A stretch of 57,715 nt of DNA from Chromera velia (lineage: Eukaryota). The translations under genes were made by a program, and so were the position numbers. Below the pieces are notes generated by a model that ran no database searches, had not been told where the DNA came from, and was given only the letters and a program-made list of their open reading frames with translations. The DNA lies in contig JAHBMJ010000074.1 of assembly GCA_018398765.1 (NCBI GenBank), positions 1-57,715 of the forward strand. Reading direction: 5' to 3'. Position 1 is the stretch's first letter. Each line of letters starts with the position of its first letter. Of this stretch, positions 23,586 to 37,086 are shown piece after piece.

Positions 23586-24986
23586 TCACTGCCACTGCTG
23601 CTGCACAGGGGCTGTTCCAGCAAGAAAAATGTGGATTGGCGATATCTATGGTCTCCGCGTCTCAGACGCCGTCTCTGCTATCGCACGTGCCATGCATCCC
23701 CCATTAGTCAAGCCCCCCGTATCTATGCCCCTCGAAACGAGGAACTGGATGATCCGCAGTTTCTTTTCCTCGATTTGGCCTTCTTTGTCATAAGTTTTAG
23801 TAATGAAATGCAGAACAGTCCATCCATGGTCATCTGTCGCGTACAGGTCTGCCCCGTTCTCAAGTAGAAGCTCAAAAACGTCTGCAGACCCGCTTAGAGC
23901 TGCTTGATAAAGGTTCGACCCACAGTGATGATTTGCTACTGTAACATTTATATTCGCCCCATGAGAAATGAGAAGCTCGGCCATGTCCCTGTGGTCGGTT
24001 GGGGCATTACCGTGCGGAACGACTGTGGTGAAGAGTGGCATCAACCCACTTTTGTTCGTTACGTCACAACTAGCACCGCGGTCAAGGAGCAGCTGTGCTG
24101 CATCTTTTTAACTTGTCATAGCAGCCACATGGAGGGCTGTGTCCCCCTCCTTATCTGCTGCATTGATGGCTGCACCGTTTTGCAGATATAGTTCGATCAG
24201 ATCCGTCAGGTTGTCTTCTGCAGCTAGCGAGGGGGGCTGCCGCCCGTCGCTGTTCTCTATATTCACGTCCGCCCCACCAGAGACGAGAAACTCTGCAATC
24301 TCAAATGTGATCCCTCCAATGTACAAGACGGAGTTACCGGCGGAATAATTCCTCATACCAACCCCTGCCCCTGCTTTTACTAAGATTTTCACTGCTTCAA
24401 AGCTGGTTGCTAGCACAGCCTTGATCAGCGCTGTTTGACTGTCCACCAACCTGTCTACATCCACCCCCACATGAAGGAAAAGGGCGAGGTCCTCCCTTTT
24501 TGCCCTCCTCTCCTCCCCCTCCTCCCAGTTCTCTGCTTCAAAAAACTCATCAAGCGTCTCGTGCAGCTGATCAGCCCCAACCGGCGCGAAGGACCGAATC
24601 ACATTCCCGATGTCACACACAAACAGCGGTGAGAGGTCCATGCAGCACCGGGCGTTCATGATCCTGTTCAGATGCACTTTGGCCCCCTTTCTCATCGTCT
24701 CCACTTGCTGCCTCAGCTCTGCAAGGGCAGCACTCTCCTGAGCGGGCACCATAGGAGGGCTGCCCGTAGCAGCTGCAGCCGCTGGTAGATGAGGTGGGAG
24801 GCGAGGCCCCGAATCCGAGTGAGAGGCAGACTCGTCTCCCTCACCGTTACTGACAAGAAGGACATTGTAGGTCCCCAAAATCCTCCCCATATGTCGGACC
24901 ATCCCGGTAATCTCCAACAGACTCAAGGCCACAGCCTCCAGCTCTTCCTGGACGGCAGTGAGAGATGCTGCATTTCTTATCAACAT
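23586..24986 (-). pseudogene. Intronless ankyrin-repeat gene interrupted by in-frame stop codon(s)
   Basis: ATG at 24986. Ankyrin repeats include TALIKAV, GADVNIENSDG, GDTALHVAA, GANIN and GWTVLH. TAA at 24110-24108 falls mid-repeat (TALHVAAMTS*KDAAQLLLDRGASCD) and the same frame continues into ORF 23646-24044. TAG at 23648-23646 may be the true stop or a second lesion, since 19 more codons run to TGA at 23586. Confidence 0.82.
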
Positions 24987-25616
24987 CTTGGCAAGAACAG
25001 AGCAGTGCAAAGAGAACGTGATAGGCTGACTCACTGAATTCACTGTTGAATCCCTAAACAACCACCTGAGCAGGTCGAAGTCTTGACAAGCATACAGGGT
25101 GGTAGCACTATAAGCACCGGACAGTTCACTTCATATACAAACAGCAGACATAGAGCAGCAGCTAATTTTGAAGGGCGTGCCCTTGCGAAGAACAGTGACA
25201 GTCAGATCAAAGGTGGAGACCGTGAACTCGGCGTGGAGCTAGAATGAATCAGATGCATCGTCATGCATGCACCGATGTATGCAGCTCACGCGAAGTCAGA
25301 AAATTCTCGTTTCCGCAATGCATTTATTAATAGACTCTGTGCATATCTCTGTCTCTAAGTTGCCCTCAGTGTGCCATCAGACTTTGCCCATTCTCAGTCT
25401 CTCGTCTATTCCTTCTGCCCTCGTGTCCGCGTGCCTTGCCTGTTCCCTCTCCCCCTGACAGTGTCCGTCTCTGATTTATTCTGCCCATTCTGCTGTCCGT
25501 CTCTAGTCCTGTTCTATCTCCCGTATGGGCCGCTTTCTTGACTGATTCTATCTCTTCCTGTCTGCTTGAAGCAACAGAAGGGGGGACTCCTAGGGGGGGG
25601 CACTCTTGGGCTCATA

Positions 25617-26152
25617 TAGGGTTACAAGTGCAAAAATAACATAAAAAATGAACTAAAAAACATTTGGACGAGCTTTTCACATAAACTGGAGGTCCGGCAT
25701 GTTGAGTTACTTCGAAATCAATCACTTTTACTGTATAGCTTATGTGGTTACATGAGGTTACACCTCTTATTATATATGTCCCCTTGCAAAGTTACAGGTT
25801 ATAAGGTTACAGGCGGTTTTCAGGTCCGTAACCGACCAAAAAGTCAACTTTCAAAAACTCTTCAAATCACTTCAAAAACACTTTAAAATGCATGTACATG
25901 AAGGTTACATCACTTTTGAAGAGGGTTATTTTAGGTTACAGGTTACAAGGTTACAAGGGGTTTGGTTACAAAGTGAAAGGGACACATCGTTTTTCGTCAG
26001 TTTCTCATGTAACTTCAATCAACAGAAGATGTTTTCAATATTTTTAGACGTAACCTGATGAGATTGATCAATTGGGACCACTTTTGAAATAAGGGTAACA
26101 TTACAGGGGGGTATACCCTTATGTATAAAGGGTGTTGAAACCTGTAACCCAA
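25617..26152. mobile_element. Candidate MITE with GGTTACA subterminal repeats
   Basis: The ends TAGGGTTACAAG and CCTGTAACCCAA are a 10/12 inverted match. About ten GGTTAC(A) copies lie in the left and central part, with reverse GTAAC copies toward the right end. No TSD was found. Confidence 0.5.
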
Positions 26153-26535
26153 TATAAGTGCCAGACCCTGGGGGGACTCTTTGTATTTTCTCAACTGGAT
26201 ATGTAACAAAAAACAGCATTTCTACTCGACCTGCCTCCTAGGTTTGCCTGCCGCCTGCCCACCAGGGTATTCTTCCTTTAAGGATGTGCGTGGGCATGGA
26301 TCTGCCTGCCTTGTATATATGGTATCAGACGTATTTTTTTTTTTTTCAGGCCAGAAAGACGAACATGAATTTTAAAAATTGCGGTTGTATTTTTTATCCT
26401 TCTTGATCGCTCGTTACGTGGTTGGATGCAGGTTTAATGCTCCCTGTGTTCTATTGGGGACTGGATCACTGGTTTGGAGACACGACAAAACAAGCAAACT
26501 GGAGAATGGATGAGTAGACTGGGACTAAGTTTTAA

Positions 26536-27464
26536 ATGACAATTCTGTTCCTGTTGTTCTTGTTTGGAGACCCGATAAACCAGGCCCAGCAGACTTGCAA
26601 CCACTTTCTTCTAAGTATTTGGTGTGCCTGGCTAGGTGGGTGGGGGGAGAGGAAAAGAATATGGGGTCCCTCAGCATGGACTCCTTCTGCTGTCGTTGGG
26701 GGACACACAAGGCTATCAATCATGGCAACGTGGCGGTGATGGGCGTGCGTATTATGTTTGATGTGGGTATGAGCACACGTATGGGCGTTCACGTCTACTT
26801 CGATGATACCCAGATTCCTTCTTTCCTACGTCTTTACCCGGGTTATGAAGATTTTGGTCTTTTTGTGGTGTAATGTAGGGGCAAAAAAATGGCTTTTCTA
26901 TTATTTTTGACTCCGCTTTTTCTGATGATGCTCCTCTTTCTTTCCGTTACCTAATTTTTCTGCAGGTGTTGCGAAGAAAATACTCGCCATCCAGGTGGTA
27001 TACATACCTGTGATAACTGCCCTCTGCCTTCAAAATCTGGTCACTCCACTGTTGGAAGTTCTGGTGGGAATGGTAGGGAGACAGGGAGGGTGGGAGGCAG
27101 TCTCCTCAAGTCCTCTTTCTGTCTCTTCCTCTGTCTCTTCTCCTTGTTCATCGCTTTCGTCTTCTCTGACTTCCTCTGCCTCTTCTCCTCGTTTATCGAC
27201 TTCGTCTTCCCCAACTTCCTCTTCCTCCTTCTTCTCCTCCTCCTCCTCCTCCTCCTCCTCCTCTTCTTCCTCCTCCTCCTCCTCCCCCTCCTCCTCCTCC
27301 TCCTCACCCCTTTTATCATAAACAGAGGGACAGACTGAGGCAACTTGAAGAGGCAGCTTGGAAACGGGATTAGAAAAAGGTCTCGCAGACCTGAGAGGCG
27401 GATTTTGGCATTGCTACCTGACAAGTTGGTGGTTTTGGCCGATCAGTGATGCCATCAATTTTCG
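26536..27464 (+). pseudogene. Mpv17/PMP22-family membrane protein, disrupted
   Basis: Family-like segments occur in order: ILFLLFLFGDPINQ, TRLSIMATWR*, VAKKILAIQVVYIPVITALCL (exon from 26966), and LADLRGGFWHCYLTSWWFWPISDAINFR before a GTCAGT donor. In-frame stops lie at 26737-26739, 27319-27321 and 27346-27348. No final exon was found. Confidence 0.65.
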
Positions 27465-27834
27465 GTCAGTCGGCCAGTCAGTCAGGTTTTTTGCAAGAAT
27501 TGTCTCACACTGGTTTGGGAACAAAGTGTTGAATAAAAGAATGTGGTGGGGCTGTTTTTTCAGCAAAAAGCTCTGTTTGTTCTCCCTTTTTTTATATTTT
27601 TTTCTTCTTCAACGCTCTCCCTTTTTTAGACTGCCGTCATTTTGTTTTTTGTTTTTATTAATTGTCCTGTTCCTCCCATTTTCAGTTGATTATCCATAAA
27701 TGAGAATTTTAGCTCTAAGGAGAGTTATGTTTTTGCACAGTCTCTTCAAGCACGCGCGCATCCCTGCATGAATAACTAGATGAATAAGAGAGAAAGAGTA
27801 TGTGAGTGAGTGAGTGAGTGAGTGAGTGAGTGTA

Positions 27835-27880
<46 letters not shown>

Positions 27881-27884
27881 TGTA

Positions 27885-27938
<54 letters not shown>

Positions 27939-29144
27939 CGCAGATTAATTCCATTATCCTACCATCCTTTGTGGGACTCTGTCATTGACATCGTGTAGAC
28001 TTCCTTCATGAGTGATGCTGCTCATCCTGCGTCTGCCTCCGATGAGCAGAAGAGGGGGCAGCAGAACGAACGCATCGCAGCAGAGGCAGTCAGGGGGGGG
28101 CTCCTAGACGACAGTCGCACCGCCACTGCACGTCCCAGTCAAAGCGAAGGGGACTCGGCGATTTCTTGGCCACTGTGGAAGTTTTGGCAAGATTCGAACG
28201 GGAGGCCGTCTTTTTAGATACGTTTGTTTCAGTACATGTAGAAAGTGCAGACCGATACTAAGTAAATTTGAATAAAAACAGCGTTTGAGTTGTTACTGCA
28301 ATTATTATGGATATATTCCAATGCAAGTATAATTTACGATAACATACCGTACATTGTGAAAGTGAAAGTTTGTTTTAATTTCAGTATTTCTATAATGACT
28401 TACAAAATATTTTCTGTTAATCGATCATTTGTAGAATTATTAAAGTCTGTTATATGTGTACACACATGTCTTGGGCCGTATCCGGCCGTATCTTCAAATT
28501 AAACAGAAATGTAGTACAAGAAGTATGTTAAGTATATTAAGTACATGCGAATGGCGACAGATAGACATAGTGGGAAGGCCCTAGGGCGGAACATATCAAT
28601 CAATCAATCAATCAAATCAATGAAGTTATTAAAATAAACTTGAAAAAAAAATATAGATGCTCATAGTATATACATAATACTGGCGTCACTGCATACGGAA
28701 TGGTTACGGATTCTGAAATTCAAAAAATGAAAAAGCTAAAAAAAATATTTAGTATGAAACCAATAAATGAATACATCAATCGACCAATCAATTATTCTAG
28801 CAATGAATCAATCTTATGCTACTAAACTTAAAGTGGTTGCTAAAATTAAATCTAGTTGTAGTAGCTAGTGTAGTAGCTGAATAGTTTTGGATCATATAGT
28901 TAAGAAACTATCACTAACTAGCTAGATTAAAAACAGACGGAAACATAAACAGAAACTTTTTAGGAAACTTTCAAATACGTAGTAAATAATAATCCAAATT
29001 AGAGTTTAAGTAACGGAATGGCGATGGCGATCACGCCTGATAATGCTGGTTAAAACCAGATGGTGATGATGATGTATATCAGACTATGTATGTACATGTG
29101 TGTCTGTACGCGTATGTGTGTTGCGTGCGTGCGTGCGTGCGTGC

Positions 29145-29191
<47 letters not shown>

Positions 29192-29532
29192 GGTCGGTGT
29201 GTCTGTGTGTGTCTCTCTGTGTGTATGTACGTGCGTGCGTGCGTCTGTGTGTGTGCTGGTGCTGTGAGTGAGTGAGTGAAGGAGTGAGTGAGTGAGTGAG
29301 TGAAGGTCTTGCTGGGATTCGCTAGGTTTTATGTTTTGGGACTTACTGAGCTTACTGCAATTCAAAATTCGAATGAGTGCGAGTGCGCGGATGTCTTGTG
29401 GGCGGTCGCTGCCCCTGCTCACAGCAGCGGGTCCGAAAAACATTTTTCCGCATTTTTCCGTGTGAAATGTTTTGGTGCATACTCTTGTTCCTGTATTGAT
29501 ACAAGCAGAGCATCATTCACGTGGACATTTGA

Positions 29533-30345
29533 TCATTTTGCTCCTTCCTGTCCAGCCCCCATGTCTCTGTACCTGTTGTAATTGACCTGCGCGATCGCCT
29601 CCTTATCGACCTTCTCCCATGGAAGACCGGCAAGCGCGTTCAGCTGCTTGAATGGAGTGTCCGACTCCATGTCGTTGTTGTCGATCTCGAAACAATCCTT
29701 CTCGCCCGAAGGAATGTCAATCATCCTGGGGTGGTACACGGTCTTCTCCAAGAACTTGGTCATCTTCTCCTTGCTGAACTCTGGACCGTACTCTGCGCGA
29801 GCTTCGTCCATCTCGTGGTAGTCCCAGTACTGTTGGTCGGTGAAACCGGCTTCTTCCTTCATTTTTTCGTGCCGAATCCAGAATCTTCGCAGGAGTTCGT
29901 CACGCTCAACTTTGACGTTGATGAACTGCATGTTGGGGAAGTGCGACTTCAACAACTCTTTCTCCCCCCCGAAGATTCCGAGAACAAGGAAGGTAACAGC
30001 AACGTTCTTTTTCGCAGGTAGAGCACAAGCCCGTTTCGTGAACTCAATCAAGAGCTCGTAGTACGGTACCCATTCCTCCCTCTCTGCCGTGCCACCTTTG
30101 CACGCTTTCATTACAGCTGCCCAGAACACGACAAACTTCTCCTCCGCCCCCATAGCCTTGGCTTCGGGATTCGCGATCAAGTCACCATCGACATGTTCCC
30201 ATCCCCTGGTGGCTAGGTAATCACCCAGGAATGTCTTGCCGGCGCTTGGGTAACCAGCAATGAAGAACACTTTTTGGCCCTGCTGTACTTCCTTCGGAAC
30301 AACAGATGTTGCAACCTGGCTTCCAGAACAACAAGCGCCACCCAT
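29533..30345 (-). CDS. Single-exon P-loop kinase (gluconokinase/NMP-kinase-like), 270 aa, with an N-terminal acylation motif
   Basis: The ORF is clean and non-repetitive. Walker A FFIAGYPSAGKT is followed by WEHVDGD, resembling the gluconokinase F.DGD motif. The N-terminus MGGACCSGS fits myristoylation plus palmitoylation. Confidence 0.88.
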   Translation of the reverse strand: MGGACCSGSQVATSVVPKEVQQGQKVFFIAGYPSAGKTFLGDYLATRGWEHVDGDLIANPEAKAMGAEEKFVVFWAAVMKACKGGTAEREEWVPYYELLIEFTKRACALPAKKNVAVTFLVLGIFGGEKELLKSHFPNMQFINVKVERDELLRRFWIRHEKMKEEAGFTDQQYWDYHEMDEARAEYGPEFSKEKMTKFLEKTVYHPRMIDIPSGEKDCFEIDNNDMESDTPFKQLNALAGLPWEKVDKEAIAQVNYNRYRDMGAGQEGAK

Positions 30346-31582
30346 CTCGGCACAATTAACACAACAGAAAGCGTCTCTTCAGTGAAATTGAAGGCAGTTG
30401 AGCCACCTAACGTGTCATAGGGCTTCAGAAGCCCAGAGTAGAGTCAGTCGACGCTGAATGGGTTGACTGTATACGTGTAGAATCGACAGAAGAGATCGAA
30501 TTCATGCAAGCTACGTAGTACAGCTATTAAAGGTCATGCAGCTGTCCATGCATCTGTACGTCGGCGCGCACGATGCGCAGATTTACGCATATTGCGAGTG
30601 GCCCAGAAAAGCGAATTGAAGGTCACGGGACTTCTGAAAGTGCCATCTACACGTGCTTTCCGGGGCCAAAACAACGATAAACGCCTTGAAATGAAAGTCA
30701 CTCTCATGCAGAGCCTCGCTTCTGATTCCAACTGTCCAGGAGTTCCCAAGAATAAGAATGGTACCTCTTCATTCCGAATACTGCACCCTGCGTGCTCTAC
30801 TGTTTCTGTCTATGTGCCTCACCGTTTTCTCCACTCATATTCCGAGGAACAACGCGAAGGTCAGACAACACATGCATGCATTGAGATCTGAAAACGGCAT
30901 TTCTTCTGTATCCTCTTTCCAGAAGATCCTTTCGGTTCATCTGTCCATTTGAGTGTGTCCCTTTGTGTTCGATTCTGTAGTCGATGTGTCGGTGTATCGG
31001 GTACAGATCGGTACCGTCGTAACTTGAAAGTCCGGCGTCCAGGTTTGTCTGAACGTCTATTCTTTTTGAGTATACATGCAGATTGACGACGCCACCGTCT
31101 GAAAACTCAGCCTTTCTTCTGTCCTGTGCTTTACGCCTGTTTCTTTTTCTTTCATTCTGACTGGCTCTGTTTCCATCCGACCCTCTCGATCAGGAAACTT
31201 TTGTCTGATGGCCAGAAAATGCGCGTGCCTGTTCGTATGTGTCAATTAATTCAATACTGCTGATATATGCGTACCATAAACAGTTGTGTAGCCATCTCTC
31301 TGGGAGTATGTGGGAAGTTTGGACAAAATACAAATGTGAGAACAGAGAGGAAGCTTGCGGGAAGTGTGGGCTGTGTCTGCTTTGGTTCCACTAGAGTCAC
31401 ACCGTTCACCATCGTTCTTCTGGACAACATTGTAGGTTGAGCTGTAACAGCGATGCACCAAGTACATGTGTCTGCCTGCCTGTCCGTATATCAATGCATG
31501 CATGCAACAAGTATGTATGTATGTACGTCTCTCTCTCTCTCTCTCTGTGTGTATGTGTGTGTGAGTGTACGTGTGTGTGTGA

Positions 31583-31625
<43 letters not shown>

Positions 31626-31640
31626 TGTGTGCATGTACGC

Positions 31641-31687
<47 letters not shown>

Positions 31688-33092
31688 AGAGACTCTTAAC
31701 CTACGTGCGGGTCTACGTGGTTTTACGTTAAATTGCTTTTACCAGGATATCATAAAGCTGTGATGACTGTGTTGAAGACATAAGTCAAAAATCTTGTAAA
31801 AAAACGACTAAAAACGTTGTTAGAAAGTCAATAATTTAAAAAAAATGCCGCTTAAAAATCTAAACTTGAAAAACGATAAAAATTGCACTCAAATTTATCG
31901 TGTATGCTTATATATAACCGTTACTCAGCCTTAAAGAGCATACCTAGGAGCACGCAATAGATAAAATCATAGAAAGATCCGAACTTTCCCTTTTTTTGAG
32001 AACATACCTAGTAATGTACTGGATCTGTAAAATAAAACTACTGCCTAGGCTACTGTACCGTTTTCTGTTCCACTTTATTCAAAGCTGTTAAAGAACGCTA
32101 ATGAACTTAGTAATGAGCAGAAGTCTGTCTATGTCTATGCCGCCTAACACAGAGAAAAAAAATAATTTAAGCCCCGGCCCGTTCTCACTTAATTTTTTCT
32201 TTTTTTTACCTGAAGATGTTAGGTGACAAACAACTGTTGTTCAAGTATTGCATAAGTGTTGTTTTGGTGTTGCACAAATGTTGCTTAAGTGTTGCAAAAA
32301 AAAAAAAAAAAAAATAATTTAAGCCAATTCTGGTTTAGTCTTTTTTTTTTTATGATACGTCTAGAAGTCTGTCTGTATAATTCTGTTTATTGCTCTCTGG
32401 ACGGCCGATTAGACTCTGTGAAAGGTCTCATGATGACTGTTATCGGCAGGATCTCAAAAGCTCCTCTACCTCACAGACTATACCTGTGCATCTGTGAGGA
32501 AGGACGCATACCGATCGAAGCATAGGAATCATAACCTCCCTGAACCTAAGTACCACTCTAGGTACCACTTGAAAAAATATAATCAAGATGATCTCTATCT
32601 ATGGCATCATTTTTCAAGAGACCGTCCACGCTTGCGGCGTAGACGGTCAAGACACCGAACTGTTGGGTGTCATTGCGTCAGACTCTTATTGATATAAGCT
32701 ACGCTGCTCTACCAATTCCATTGGATCGATCGCGGTAATTAGAAATCCAATTGCCGATTGCAAGCTCCCCGGACTTGGTCCGCGCGGCTTGGAGGGCTCT
32801 TAAATCTTCTGCCTCCCTCATTCGTTTGGCCTCATGGTCCGTGCGAACGTCGCATACTGGCAAGCGAGGTGCACACTTGCATCGCAATTCTTGCATCGCT
32901 CTGACATGCTCTGAGCTTCCATCCATATGCCTGCATGACCTTCGCAATTAAAAACTCCGTCGAGGTCCTCCCTCTCCTGTCGCAAACCTCCCGGAGCGTT
33001 CAAGTGTCTACGTAGCTAGCCGCATGGCTGACTACGGGGACCAAACACGGATATTAAGATCTCGCCAATGAATGAAACTCCCTGCCCGCCGG

Positions 33093-36000
33093 CTAGGGCA
33101 TACCGTTTTGCGGCTGCTCTTCTGGTTGTCCTCCGTGCTTGGCAGACTGAGGAGGAGAAGCCGCCTCCGCGTGAGGGGGATCCACCGCCTTTCCGCCCTC
33201 CGGTGTTTCCCTTGTTATCGCCCCCCCCCCTGCCCCCTCTGGTGTGAGTACCGCTTTGTTGTGCCCAGCTTGGCCGCCCTGCTGCTGTTGAGTCTGGGCG
33301 GAGTATGGAGGGGCAGGCCTGCAATGAATGAAATCAATCACGCAGCACGAATCAGCAAATGAAAAAAGAGATCCAGGCAGGAAGAGCCAGCCAGCCAGCC
33401 AGACGAGTGGGTGGGTGGGTGGGTGGGTGAGTGGGCACCCAATGGATCCATCCATCCATCCATCCACGTGTCTTTCTTTCTATCTGTATGTCAACCAGTC
33501 GAGCGATTGATCGATCGATCGTTCTTCATTCATTGATTCGCCCACCCACTTTGTGGAGCTCTGTCTATCTCTTCAGTCACCGGGGAGAAAACAAGGGAGA
33601 GTCAGAAAAGCTTGCACAACTTTCTGAAAGAAGGGAGGGGGGAGAGAGAGCTTCAGGGAGAGCTGATGCATGCATGAAGAACCTGCTGGCAGATTGAAAG
33701 AAAAAGAAAAAAGATGGACTCGGCCAGATGTATGCGCACAGATAGACAGACAGCTGTACTGCAAGCGTTTTCCCTCCCTGAAAAAAAAGTATGCAGAATT
33801 AACAGCAGGGTTTCATTCATTTAATCAGTGTACAACCCCCCCCACTGACTCTGCAGAGGCGTGTGAGGACGTGCTCATCACTCCTCCCCCCCCAGCCTGG
33901 GGCTGTTGGGGAGATGAGGCGGGAGGACCCTCTGGCAGGGGAGATGACGAGGCCGCCGGGGTTGGAGGAAGGGCAGTCGCAGAGGAGAAAGTCGCGGCTG
34001 CTCCTCCCGCTCCCCCCGCACCACCCACTGCTGCTGCTGCTGATGGGCGCTGTGCCGATAATCCTCTGATTGCAGCCATGACTGCTGCAGGCGAGCGCGT
34101 CGGGGGAGCGCCTGTGCCTGTGCCTGTGCCGACGGGAAAACCTCCAAGACTCGGCTGACGCTGACGCTGCTGTGGCTGGAGAGACCCAAGCAGACCTCCC
34201 GGTGCAGACTGCAACGGCAAAGTTTGGACCACACCTCCCGGTCCACTCGCTCCTGCAGTGCCCCCGCCACCTTCTTGGGCGGGAACAGACTGAGAAGACG
34301 CAGTCTGTTGCTGTTGCTGCTGTTGCTGCTGACGCATTCTTTGCTGTTGCTGATACGCCTGCATGGAGGGGGGATTGGGTATCGTTCTGTTAATAGTTGG
34401 AGAGGCAGAGGGAGAACTCACAACCGCAATTCCTCCCTGGGGCCGTGCCGCTGCGGCCTGTTGCTGCTGCTGGAGAAGGGCAGCTCGTCGAGCCACGTGG
34501 TCCTGCACGACTGGGGGGGGAATGGGAGTGGGGGGAGAAGAAGAAGAGACAACGGCTGCTGGAGAGACACCGGACGCCAACGGGGGCACTGATTCAGAAG
34601 GGGGCGAGGCGGCAGGTCTGCCCGGAGCAATCGCTCCTCCCTTCACGAGGGGGTTGGTTGTCTGAGCAACCATGGATGCTGCTGCTGCACTGGTTGCAGG
34701 GTTCGGCCCTGCGGCAGCTGCGTGTGTGTTGGTGGGTGGTGAGGATTCTGGTCCTGTTCCTGCACCCGCGAGGGATGCAGAGGCTGAGACGGGGGCAGCA
34801 GTCGCACCATTCCCTTGCGCTCCTCCTCCGAAAGGGACAACATTCGATGTCGAAGCAGAAGCAGAAGTTGAAGACGAAGAAGGTAACAACGAGGGAGTGC
34901 CCCTCCCACCCGTGGGTCCGACTGCAGTGGGATGTTGGGGGGTAATCTGCACAGGCGGTCTAGGAGGGTGTGTTGTTGCACCCGGCTGTGCCTGTGTGTG
35001 TTGTGGAGGCCTGTGTGCGTGCGTGGGGGGGCTTTGAGGTGAGGAAGAATTCGGAGGCTGGCCTGCCACCCCTCCACCAACTAACGAAGACGTTCGAATT
35101 TGCCCCCCTTTGGAGGCATCAGCGTGCGGCGGCTGCTGTTGGTTGTTGGGGGGAGGGTGTCCCTGGGCTGCCCTCGGCTGGTACCTATGGGGGCCTGGCG
35201 CTGGGGCGTGTCCTGAGGACCCCCCAGGCGGCGATGTCGTTGGATTGTTCCCATGGGAGTGGGGAGGCATAGGAGAGGAGGCTTTGGGTCCTGCGGGCGT
35301 GATCAGTGTGGGGCGGGGAATTGAGTGGGCCTGCTGCTGCGGTCGTGGAGACGGAGAAGGGCTCGGAGACGGCATTTGCATGGGGGGCTGCTGATTCCCT
35401 CCAGTTGCAGAAGCAGTCGTCACAGTGGCTGCTGCAGAGACCCCCGGCATGCCCCCAGTTTGAGGGTGGGGGTGGGCCTGCATGGCCCCTCCGGGGGTAT
35501 GCCCCTGGGGAACCTGAAGGGACCTTGCGGAGGAGGGAGGGGCAGCCGTTCCCGTTGTCTGTCCCTGTCCAGCAGGCTGTTGCCCTGCGGTGGCGTTTGG
35601 CTGCTGGGTCGAGGGAGCCGCCTGGCTTTGGCTTCCGCCGGGGCCTCCAGGTTGACCCGGGGGGCCGGCTGCTGCAGGCCGCCCTGGAAAGCTGGGGCCC
35701 CTTGCGCTGCTGTGGGGGGGACGGGTCTGCTGGGCCCCGGGACCGGCAGCAGAGGTGGACGGGCTGGGGAGCCGGGGCCCCGTTCCCCCCATTGCAGATG
35801 AGCGCGCGGACGCACCACGGGGTGAGGGGGGTCTCGCGGTCCCTTGAGGAAATTTTGCGTGATGGCCAAGCGCAATCTGATTTGTCGACTGCTGTTGCTG
35901 CCGATTCTGCATTGCCAACATAGAGGGCGACACAGGACGACTGACTGAAGAGGCGGGGGGGACCTGGCCAGGCAGGTGGGGCTGAGGTGCAGCAGGCGAG

Positions 36001-37015
36001 GAAGGGGCCCTGATTTGCACGTTGAATCTCGGCTGCTGCTGCTGGGTGGTGGCGGTACTGGTGGCTGTTGCCGCGTGTGTGGCGGGTCCTCCACCTCCGC
36101 CTCCCCCTGCAGCAGCAGCAGTCGAAGGAGAAGGCCCAACGAGGGTCGGGTTGGGGTTCTTCTTCAGATCGGCGAGAGTCTTGGACTGCTGCCTTTGGGG
36201 ACCGCTTTGAGACCCCATGCCTTTGTGGCCCTGTGTGTGAGTGTGAGGGGGCGCCTGCTGACCGGAAATCGAAGAGAGAGAATGCGCCTGGGCTCCAGCA
36301 GAAGAGGCCACGGATTGCGCACCCCCATGCACCCCCGTCTGATGCTGCTGATGAGCATAGCCCCCCCGCTGTGAATGTGAGTGGGGGCCTGGGCCTGCAC
36401 CGGTGTGCTGTTGTGAAGAATGAGCCTGCTGCTGCTGCTGCTGCAAAGGGTTGATGCCCCCCTGCACCTGAGAGGTCAGATGGTAGTGAGTGCCCCCTCG
36501 ACCCCCGTGGAGTGACGCCCCTGCTGCCGCCGCCGCCTTTGATTGTTGATGGTCCCATGCGTTTCTTCGGGTGCTTGCCAACTGCTCATCCCTGGCCCGC
36601 TCGTATCGGCGCCGCAAGTCCTCTTTCGCTTCGAGCTCAACGGCTGCGCGCATGAAATCCTCCGCGTGACGCCAGGTCCAGGCGGGTCGACCTCCTGCAT
36701 GCATGCATGCATGCGTGGGTGGGTACTTCCATGACAATCGATCGATCATTCCCTGAAGTGGAGTGGAGTAGAGTGCGTCAGGTCAGTGAGGGAGTGAGAG
36801 GCATGCAGAGGAAGAGAATGAAGGTGGATGAAGGAAAGGAACAAAGCAGTGCATCAGAACCCACAAATCCAAGGAGAAGGAAAATGCGGACAGCCAATAT
36901 TAGGCACGCATCTTTTATTGAACTAAGGGGGGCAAAGAGACAGGGACAAGATTCAGCGCTCTTTTTCGAGGTTTGACGCCTCTTTTTGCTTTTCCAACAC
37001 TACAACGTCCTCGTG

Positions 37016-37086
<71 letters not shown>

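Noticed and set aside
23646..24110. TAA/TAG reassignment to Gln (ciliate-type code) as the explanation for the ankyrin stops
   Set aside because: About 4,000 codons of the Gln-rich EAF1-like model contain no in-frame TAA or TAG, and the modelled genes use TAG as a terminator.
32699..33003. Small minus-strand ORFs downstream of the EAF1-like stop
   Set aside because: They are probably 3' UTR and have no supporting motif.
34172..36734. Plus-strand and alternative-frame ORFs overlapping the long GC-rich exons (also 42600-45700 and 52000-54700)
   Set aside because: They are shadow ORFs of GC-rich, low-complexity coding sequence.
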